Position numbers and translations under genes: made by a program
Notes under the pieces: generated by a model
Databases searched by the model: none
What the model was told of the DNA's origin: nothing
Seen by the model: only the letters and a program-made list of their open reading frames with translations
In this document: positions 53,366 to 62,100 of the stretch, in pieces
How positions within the stretch are numbered: the first letter of the stretch is position 1
Layout of the letters: each line of letters starts with the position of its first letter
NCBI GenBank assembly: GCA_051531975.1
Contig: JAOPTT010000006.1
Location: 192,656-256,655 of the forward strand
DNA: 64,000 nucleotides
Reading direction: 5' to 3'
DNA from: Spirochaetaceae bacterium
GTDB taxonomy: Bacteria > Spirochaetota > Spirochaetia > DSM-2461

Positions 53366-54676
53366 TTAAGAAATACTCATTATGGCTTTTGCCGGATCTA
53401 CTTTGGTTGCTCTGTTTACAGGTTTAAGACTACCAATCCAAACCAGAAATAGGATGATTAGTCCACTACTTAAAAATCTTGAAGGAACAAAAATAAGAGT
53501 AAGATGTCCTCGGTATAAAAACATTGAGAAGAATGTATGCCCTTCATCAAAGTTAATATTATGAATAGCCAGACCTAATACAAGCGCTATAATAACTCCC
53601 ATAATAACTCCTAATAATGCAATTATCTGCATTTCTACTATAAAAGATAACTTAACAGCACCACGTTGCATTCCTAAAGCCCGTAAAGTTCCAATCTCTT
53701 TTCTTCTCTCAAAAATCATCATCCGTAGAGTATTAGATATTCCTACAAGAATTATACCCATTAAAATAACCATTATTACTATGGATAATATATTTAGAAA
53801 TGCACCTATTACATATACGAAGGAGAAGGTCTCCTCTAAACTTGTTATCTGATAACGTATTCCTTCCCAATCCTGGGTTCTTAAACGTGCAAGGATTTCC
53901 TGACGTTCTCCTCTATCTTCAGGTCTCTCTATTACCGCAACATTTTTACTAAGGAGGTAATTGTAAAAATTACTTGCTACTTCTTCTGTTGACTCATTTT
54001 TATCTAAAAAGATATTTAATTCTGTAAAATCATTAATACTAATTCCTAGTATTTCATTAAGATAACTACGATGAACAAATGCAGCCATTGAACTAATTGT
54101 TCCAAGATCATCGGCAATAATACCCTGTATCACAAAGTTCCCAACATTGTTTATTCCTTGTAGAGTACGGGTTTTAAGCATTACAGAATCACCTGTTTTT
54201 AAACCTAGATTTTCAGATATCTCCTTTGAAAGTAGTATTCCAGATTTTAAATCCTCTGATAGATAGTTTCCATCTTCAAGAATTAGAAGGTCTCTTAAAC
54301 CTTCCTCCTTATCTGGGTCTATACCCATAACGTATTGCTGCTGAGCCTCACTACCATTAATAAAAGTTGCCATGGTAGTACTACGAAGATTTAAATGATC
54401 ATTCTCTGAAAAATATTCTCTTGTATCCTCTAGAATTGGATCTTTATCATCCAAACATGAAACAAGAGAGTCTCTTGATGAAAAACTTAAACCTCTAACT
54501 ACAACATCACCGGAAATCATCCCTGCTTGCTGATTTACAAAAGAGTCCATAATCCCATCTGCTAGAGACCCTACTAATATAATAATTGATAATCCAAAAG
54601 CGATAGCCCCTGCAAGTAACAGGCTTCGTCGTTTTTCTCTAATCACATTTTTTATTGCTACATGTAAATATCTCAT
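53366..54676 (-). CDS. ABC transporter permease, FtsX/LolCE/MacB-like
   Basis: AIKNVIREKRRSLL and NTLRMMIFERRKEIGTLRALG motifs. Confidence 0.88.
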   Translation of the reverse strand: MRYLHVAIKNVIREKRRSLLLAGAIAFGLSIIILVGSLADGIMDSFVNQQAGMISGDVVVRGLSFSSRDSLVSCLDDKDPILEDTREYFSENDHLNLRSTTMATFINGSEAQQQYVMGIDPDKEEGLRDLLILEDGNYLSEDLKSGILLSKEISENLGLKTGDSVMLKTRTLQGINNVGNFVIQGIIADDLGTISSMAAFVHRSYLNEILGISINDFTELNIFLDKNESTEEVASNFYNYLLSKNVAVIERPEDRGERQEILARLRTQDWEGIRYQITSLEETFSFVYVIGAFLNILSIVIMVILMGIILVGISNTLRMMIFERRKEIGTLRALGMQRGAVKLSFIVEMQIIALLGVIMGVIIALVLGLAIHNINFDEGHTFFSMFLYRGHLTLIFVPSRFLSSGLIILFLVWIGSLKPVNRATKVDPAKAIMSIS

Positions 54677-56512
54677 CTATTCCTCTCTCATCGCTTCTAC
54701 GGGTTGAATCTTCATTGCATAAAAGACCGGATATAAACTGGATAAAACCCCTACAACAAACATAAATAATAAGCTGAAACCAATAGTCCATGCCGATAGA
54801 CTAGGATTTATTGAATTCCCTCCTGCAATCATCTGTAAAAAAGAGCCATCTGCAGCTGGGATACCAATATTACCTAGAATTGTAATAACCAGGGATCCCA
54901 CAATCATACCTAACGTCCCAAAAATTAGACTGATAGTCATAGTTTCTGTAATAAAAAGATAGAAGATAAAACTCTTCTGTCCTCCAATAGCTCTTAACGT
55001 TCCGATCTCTCCAGTCCGTTCCATTACCGAAATCATTAATGTATTCATAATAATAATAATTACCACTATAAAAATGATTATTAGTGCAAAGTTCATCGAA
55101 GCCTGGATAGCTGTTGTTGTTGTTGACATTGGAGAGGCTGCATGCCACCACTCACTTACCATGTAGTCAGGGCCAGGTGAGAGGGCATATGGATATAACT
55201 CCTCTAAAATTAACCTATTTCTCCGGATTAACTCATAATCTTTCTGAGTTTTTTTAACCAAATTATTGGTAATTGAAGAGAAATGGATCTTTTTAAAAGC
55301 CTCTTTCTCATATAGCTCATCTTTATCTAAAAATGATGTAAAGATAGAAACAATAGTAGAAGATAGAGCATCTTCATCCATAATAGACAGTGAATCAGAT
55401 AAAGAGTTTTTTTCTTCTAAAGTTAACAGACCGGCGATATAGGCAAACTCAGGTGTATTGGGTTCTAGTAGTGTCTGAGCGATTTTTATCGGTTTTAGTA
55501 TATACTTTTCCTCAAATGTTGAGAAACTCTGTTTAAAATGATTTTCTAAATCTGCTCTAAAGGTTTTTACACTTGAATCATCACTATTTTTTAGTGAAAG
55601 TAGCAGCCACTGCCAGTCAAAATTATTTACTTTAGAGAGTTCATGACGGACACTCATATCTCCTAAAAGAGAATCTAAATTTGTTTCTACTTGGTCTGCA
55701 GTTGTACCAATCTCTATAGTTTCAGAAAAAAGATCATCCATTGAGTCATTAAAAAGCATCTCTTCTAATTCTGGAGGTGGAGGAGTCTGCTCCTGTTTTA
55801 CAACTATACCGTTTAGAACATTGAAATTCTGTTGGTCTATAAAACATGTTCTTGGCAACATGGGATACATATCCCCTTTAACATAATTATATTCAAAAAT
55901 TCCCCGAATAGGAACTTCTCTTATCCTAAATCCATTAGCTGAATATCCATTAAGCAGTAGACTATCTCCTGGGTGGACTTCAATATCCTTGTATTCCATA
56001 AGGTATTCAACTACAGCACTTGATAATACAATTCCCTCTTCTCCAGGCTCCAAAAACCGACCTTCGTGAAGAATAATTGTATCTTTTATATCAAAAATAG
56101 AAGTATAACTTTCTGGATCAACCGCCATTCCCATAATCCATAAATCAGGGCTTAACTCTCCCGTGTTTACCATGAGCATATTTGATGAAACAGTAGTAAA
56201 AACATCAACTTCTGGATGTGTCTTTAGAAATTCTAGTGTATTTTCTAGATCTGGAACTACAGGTACTGAAAGGTTCCCAATATTATTCCAGGTTCCAAAC
56301 AGAGAAAAGTCGAAATCAATATTTTTAAGCACTGCAATATCTCCGGTAACGGAATTACTGTAGGCTCTCTGTATTCCCTTACTTGTTGAATCCAGGAAGG
56401 AGTTTCCAAGTACCATTAAAAAAATACCTAAAAATATTAAACTACCAACTATCATAGTTTTAACTTTATGTGCAAATACATTTCGTATTGCTATTTTAAA
56501 TATGGCAAACAT
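54677..56512 (-). CDS. ABC transporter permease, FtsX/LolCE/MacB-like, enlarged periplasmic domain
   Basis: IAIRNVFAHKVKT, NTLMISVMERTGEIGTLRAIG and IQPVEAM motifs. Confidence 0.88.
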   Translation of the reverse strand: MFAIFKIAIRNVFAHKVKTMIVGSLIFLGIFLMVLGNSFLDSTSKGIQRAYSNSVTGDIAVLKNIDFDFSLFGTWNNIGNLSVPVVPDLENTLEFLKTHPEVDVFTTVSSNMLMVNTGELSPDLWIMGMAVDPESYTSIFDIKDTIILHEGRFLEPGEEGIVLSSAVVEYLMEYKDIEVHPGDSLLLNGYSANGFRIREVPIRGIFEYNYVKGDMYPMLPRTCFIDQQNFNVLNGIVVKQEQTPPPPELEEMLFNDSMDDLFSETIEIGTTADQVETNLDSLLGDMSVRHELSKVNNFDWQWLLLSLKNSDDSSVKTFRADLENHFKQSFSTFEEKYILKPIKIAQTLLEPNTPEFAYIAGLLTLEEKNSLSDSLSIMDEDALSSTIVSIFTSFLDKDELYEKEAFKKIHFSSITNNLVKKTQKDYELIRRNRLILEELYPYALSPGPDYMVSEWWHAASPMSTTTTAIQASMNFALIIIFIVVIIIIMNTLMISVMERTGEIGTLRAIGGQKSFIFYLFITETMTISLIFGTLGMIVGSLVITILGNIGIPAADGSFLQMIAGGNSINPSLSAWTIGFSLLFMFVVGVLSSLYPVFYAMKIQPVEAMREE

Positions 56513-56516
56513 AAAT

Positions 56517-57206
56517 CTATACTCCCACTTTGTCGACAGTTAAACCATCATGTAGATATATAACCTTTGATACCATATTTACAATCATGGGATCATGGGT
56601 CGAAAATAGAAAAGTAGTTTTTTCTCTCTGATTAATTTCCTGCATCAAACTGATAATTTTTTCACTTGTAGCAGAGTCAAGATTTGCTGTAGGTTCATCG
56701 GCCAGTATAATTTTAGGCTTTGTAACTAAAGCACGGGCAATAGCAACACGCTGCCGCTGACCACCTGATAGTTCACTAGGTTTATGCCTTTTTCTATCAG
56801 ATAATCCAACTTCTTCTATTATGTGTTCTATCCACTCTTTTTCTTCTTTCCTTGACTGTTCGCTTTTACCCAAGAGTAGCGGTAATTGTACATTTTCATA
56901 AATATTCAGTACAGGGATGAGATTAAATGACTGGAAAATAAACCCCACTGTTTTATGTCGGAGTGTTGTTAGATCACGATCATTTAATTCATTAATGTTA
57001 TGTCCATCTACAATTATTTCACCTTCCGTAGATCTATCTATACAGCCTATCATATTAAGCAGAGTTGATTTCCCGGAACCAGAAGGTCCTGCAATAGACA
57101 TAAAATCACCTGAATTAATTTCAAGATCGATTCCTCTTAATGCAGGCACAGTTACTTTCCCAAGAAGATAGTTCTTCTTAACATTATTTAGTTTTATAAC
57201 ACTCAT
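56517..57206 (-). CDS. ABC transporter ATP-binding protein (LolD/MacB-like)
   Basis: GPSGSGKST, LSGGQRQRVAIARAL and LADEPTANLD motifs. Confidence 0.93.
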   Translation of the reverse strand: MSVIKLNNVKKNYLLGKVTVPALRGIDLEINSGDFMSIAGPSGSGKSTLLNMIGCIDRSTEGEIIVDGHNINELNDRDLTTLRHKTVGFIFQSFNLIPVLNIYENVQLPLLLGKSEQSRKEEKEWIEHIIEEVGLSDRKRHKPSELSGGQRQRVAIARALVTKPKIILADEPTANLDSATSEKIISLMQEINQREKTTFLFSTHDPMIVNMVSKVIYLHDGLTVDKVGV

Positions 57207-57258
57207 TTTTTCTCCAATAATATAATTTTAAGATAATATATTTATTTATTAATCTATA

Positions 57259-57275
57259 TACAATTTTAGTGCCAA
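57259..57275 (-). promoter_or_regulatory. Putative sigma54 (-24/-12) promoter
   Basis: Minus strand TTGGCAC-TAAAA-TTGTA versus consensus TGGCAC-N5-TTGCW (one mismatch at -12), about 50 nt upstream of the ABC ATPase start. Confidence 0.6.
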
Positions 57276-57317
57276 CTTTTTTACAATACAAACAATCTAA
57301 TTTTTTTAGGTTTATGA

Positions 57318-57350
57318 GGTTTGATTTACCTTTAACTGGTTAAATTAACC
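57318..57350. promoter_or_regulatory. Tandem GGT-N7-ACC palindromes (candidate bEBP upstream activator sites)
   Basis: GGT-TTGATTT-ACC at 57318-57330 and GGT-TAAATTA-ACC at 57338-57350, with a 20-bp period, upstream of the sigma54-like motif. Confidence 0.45.
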
Positions 57351-57509
57351 TTAAACGTATGGTTATAAATCAACTAATAATTAAACATCTAATTTCATAT
57401 AAAGTGTTACTATCCTAGTGTTTTTATAAATTTGTAATTAGTCCACAAAGTATTTAAGGGAATGGTATATACACTAGGTCAACAAAATAAAAACTGATAT
57501 ATTACTTAA

Positions 57510-58949
57510 ATGAACATTAAAGAAGTACTTAAGAACACTTTTAATATAGAAGATTTTAGAGGAAATCAGAAAGAAATTATCGAGAGATTATTAAATATTG
57601 ATAATGGACATAGTTTAGTACTCATGCCTACTGGTGGTGGTAAATCACTATGTTACCAACTGCCAGGACTCTGTTTTAAAGGTGGGACCCTTGTATTAAG
57701 TCCACTAATATCTCTGATGAAAGATCAGGTTGATAGTCTTAAAAAAAGAGGTATCAAAGCATCATATATAAATTCAACTGTACCGGCTAAGGATAGAATT
57801 AAAAGACTCGATGATTTTGTATATGGCAAAACTAAGTTTTTATATGTTACACCAGAGAGATTTAATAATGAAGATTTTAGATTAAAGATTAAAAGAGCGA
57901 ATATAGACCTTCTTGCAGTTGATGAAGCTCACTGTATTTCGACCTGGGGACATGATTTTAGACCTGAATACTCAAGAATATCTGAACTTATATCTCTACT
58001 TAAAATTCCAAGGGTGATAGCACTAACTGCAACTGCAACTATAGAAGTACAATCTGATATTATTTCTAGTTTAGGGTTTTCTGACACTGAGATGAAAATA
58101 TTTCATCAGGGTATTAATAGACCAAATTTAAAACTAGTTGCAGATGAGTTCTTTAGTGATTCTGATAAAATAGAAGAGATAAAAAGAATAAGTCACGACA
58201 TTCAAGGAAGTGGAATTGTCTATTTTTCCCTTATTAAGACTTTAAGTATATTCTCAGAGAAACTAGATACTTTAAAAATTCCTCATCTGATATATCATGG
58301 TAAATTAGACAATAGAGAGAGAAAAAAAGTACAAGATATATTTATGAAATCTGATAAACTAATTTTGGCAACAAATTCTTTTGGAATGGGAATTGATAAG
58401 TCTGATATTCGTTATGTTATACACGCTGAAATTCCAGGTAGTTTAGAATCTTATTATCAGGAGATTGGTAGGGCAGGACGTGATGGAAAACCCTCCCTAT
58501 GTAAAATGTTATATTCCCAGGACGATCTTACAATTCATATGGATTTTATAAAATGGTCTAATCCTGACCCAATCTTTCTTAAAAAACTTTATTTCTTACT
58601 TAAAAACCAGGAGACCAAGGTTCACGCTTTTGGTAGAGAGTATGTTGAAAATGAGCTTTTTTATAAAAATAGATTTGATTTCCGTCTAGATACAGGACTT
58701 AATCTTTTTGCAAGATACAATGTAACAAAGGGTGATTTACATAAAAAAAATATTAAAATTATAGCCGAAGGACTCTCTGAAAATTTACTGGATAATAACT
58801 TATACGAAGAGAAATTATTAAGAGATCAGAAGAAGCTTTTATCAATTGTTAATTATTTTAGAGATGAAAGATGTCGTAAAAAAAGTCTTGAATCATATTT
58901 TGGGTTTGATGATGAACCAAAATGTAATAATTGTGATAGATGTTGTTAA
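57510..58949 (+). CDS. recQ: ATP-dependent DNA helicase RecQ family (short form, no HRDC)
   Basis: MPTGGGKSLCYQ, VDEAHCISTWGHDFRP, YYQEIGRAGRDG, and a C-terminal Zn site CR...CNNCDRC. Confidence 0.9.
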   Translation: MNIKEVLKNTFNIEDFRGNQKEIIERLLNIDNGHSLVLMPTGGGKSLCYQLPGLCFKGGTLVLSPLISLMKDQVDSLKKRGIKASYINSTVPAKDRIKRLDDFVYGKTKFLYVTPERFNNEDFRLKIKRANIDLLAVDEAHCISTWGHDFRPEYSRISELISLLKIPRVIALTATATIEVQSDIISSLGFSDTEMKIFHQGINRPNLKLVADEFFSDSDKIEEIKRISHDIQGSGIVYFSLIKTLSIFSEKLDTLKIPHLIYHGKLDNRERKKVQDIFMKSDKLILATNSFGMGIDKSDIRYVIHAEIPGSLESYYQEIGRAGRDGKPSLCKMLYSQDDLTIHMDFIKWSNPDPIFLKKLYFLLKNQETKVHAFGREYVENELFYKNRFDFRLDTGLNLFARYNVTKGDLHKKNIKIIAEGLSENLLDNNLYEEKLLRDQKKLLSIVNYFRDERCRKKSLESYFGFDDEPKCNNCDRCC

Positions 58950-59142
58950 TAAAATAACAAACTCATTTATATAGGGGATAGAGCATAACCTTTGTATATT
59001 AAACCATTTGAATGAAATATCTACTCTAGATGAAAGTTGTAGTAATTAAAGAGATCAGTGCTATAATATTTGATCTAGTTAATACATTTATAAATACTAA
59101 GTATCATTTACAAAATTATAAAAAACAGCAGGAGTGGTTACT

Positions 59143-62100
59143 GTGGTTACAGAAGATATTGCAGAAAAGGATTCACTTAAACTAATAAGTACTATAGTGG
59201 AACTAACTTCTATAAATAGTCCTATGAATATAGTTCTACAGAAAGTTGTCGATGAGATAATGAGTTCCCTTAGTTTAACAGATATTCTATCGGTTCGACT
59301 AATAATCGATGGTGTAGAATATATGAACTCTGGATTTATTAAAACCTATTGCCTCGAGAAAATTATTCTAGATCTACCTGAGAACAATTCCGGAGTATTT
59401 GAAGTCTATTACGAAAAAAAATATGGTGAAAATGGTGATAGATGTTTTAATTGTCTTTCTATTATTGGAAACATACTTACTGGTTATATCTCAAAAAATA
59501 AGCTAGATAATCTCTACTTTAAGAATCATGAAAGAGTTAAAGGGATAAATAGTATTCAATTGACAAATTTGATATTAAAAAAACACAATACACTAAGCGA
59601 CTCACTTCAGGAGATCTGTAATCTTCTTCCAGAAGCATGGCAATTCCCCAAGTATACAGCAGCCCGTATTTTCTTTGATGAAAAAGTATTTGAAAGTAGC
59701 CGATTTAAAGAGACGACCTGGTCACTTAATAAAAGTTTTGAAACTCCAGATAACAAAAAAGTTGAAATTGAAGTATTTTATCTAAAAGAATTTCCAAAAG
59801 CAGATATTGGACCTTTTTTAAACGAAGAACAATCTCTACTAGATATTTTAGCCTCCATAATTTCTGGAACTTACTCCAATCGTTCCCTTCAGGAACTATT
59901 GGAACACAATACTGAGCGTTTAAAAGAATTAAGGGGTATTAATAGGACTTCTGAAATTCTTAAAAATAGTAGTTCTGTAGAAGAGTCCCTGGAAGAAGTT
60001 TGTAATATCTTACCAGAAGCATGGAAACATCCTGAAGATACTGTTGTAAGGATCAGTTATAACGATAAGATTTTTACAAGTGAAAATTTCAGGGAGAGTA
60101 TATGGGTACAACATCAGAGTTTTGAGTGTCCTGGAAATAAGAAGGGCGAAATAGAGGTCTTTTTACTAAAAGAGTATGCAGTAGAAGATGAAGGCCCTTT
60201 TTTAAAAGAAGAGAGAGACCTTCTAGTAAATCTTGCTCGTTTAATATCTGGTTCTGCAGGTAGTGATGTATTAAAAAAACTTATTTTTGAAAATAATGAA
60301 CGTCTTAAAGAGCTTAGAGCAATTAATATGACATCAAAAATTATCTCAGAATATAAACCTGTAGATCAAACAATGTTTGAAATTACTTCAATATTAAAGA
60401 TGTCCTGGCAGTATCCTGAGTTTACAGAGGTAAAAATCCATTATGAGGGCTGTAACTATACTTCAGAAGGTTTTAGAGAGACATCCTGGAATCAGAAAGA
60501 GAACTTTATAACAATTGATAATAATAAGGGGTATATTCAGGTTGTCTATCTTAAAGAATTTCCAACCTCTGACGAAGGACCCTTCCTAAGGGAGGAGAGA
60601 GACCTTCTAATTAACATTGGAAAACTGATAAGTGGATATTTTAATAATAATAAAGGACGGGATATTTTTAGAAAGAATGTCCATAAGCAAAGGCAGATAG
60701 AGAAGCCTGAAGAGTATAAAAAGATGTTTATGACTAATAAGAGACCTCTTCAGTTATTCTTTAATCAGCAAGTTATCGATAAATATATTTATATGGACAT
60801 GATGAAATATAAAGTTAAAGAGATTCTTTTTGTCGCAACATTTTACGATGCCTTTATACTTGAAAATGAAGACGGTTTTTTTGAACGTTTTATGGGTGAA
60901 ATATATCAATATAGCCTCTTCTCCTTACCTAGAATTACCGGGGTTACAACCTCAGAAGAAGCTCTTGAAATGTTAGATAACAAATCGTTTGATCTGGTTA
61001 TTTTAATGGCAGGTCTTGATAGGGAAGCTCCGGTTTTACTAAGCGAAAAGATAAAAGATAAAACTCCTTCTCTTCCTGTATACATTCTACTTAATCAGAA
61101 GAGTAATATTAAATACTTTGAAGCAAAAGTTACATCATCTAAAACATTGGACAATCTATTTTACTGGAATGGTGATTCTGAGATTCTGTTTTCTATTGTA
61201 AAATCCATAGAAGATAGAGCTAATGTGGCCAATGATACCCAAGTTGGGTTGGTTCGGGTTATTCTTATAGTTGAAGATTCTTGTCTCTATTATTCAAAAT
61301 ATCTACCAATGTTATATAGTATTGTCTTTGGTCAGGTTCAGAGACTTTTACCAGAAGTCGAGAAGAATGAACTAGATAAAATTTGTAAAATGAGATCTAG
61401 ACCCAAGGTTCTTTTGGCTAGGAATTATGAAGACGCAATGTATCTGTTTAACAAATATAAGGATTACCTATTATGTGTTATCTCGGATATTGAGTTTGAC
61501 CATGGAGGGCAACTAGATAAAAAAGCGGGTATAAATTTTATCAAGTATGTTAAATCACATATGGTCAAATTGCCTATTATTCTTCAATCTTCAAACGCTA
61601 GAAACAAGAAGAAAGCGAAAGATCTTGATGTTTTCTTCATAAATAAAAACTCAGATACTCTTTTAAACGATCTAAAAAAGTATCTAAACTCATATCTCGG
61701 GTTTGGTAACTTTATTTTTCAGGATAAAAATGGACAGAAGATTGCAGAGGCTCGAACTCTGAAGGAATTTGAAAAGCAACTTGCAGTTGTTCCTGACGAG
61801 ACACTTTATTTACATGCTATTGCAAATCAGTATTCTATTTGGCTGATGGCAAGAGGTGAAATAACTCTGGCCAAAACAATAAATCCAATGCGGATAGAAT
61901 CCTTGGATAACATATCACTAACTAGAACACAATTAATTAGTATCATAAAAGATTCTCAGGATGAAAAAAAGAAAGGTAAAGTTTTTCGTTTTGAAGAAGA
62001 TACTCTGTTTACTGAGCAAAATATAGTAACTTTTGCTGATGGATCTCTTGGAGGAAAAGGTAGAGGTTTGGCATTTATAAATACACTTATTTATAATTTT

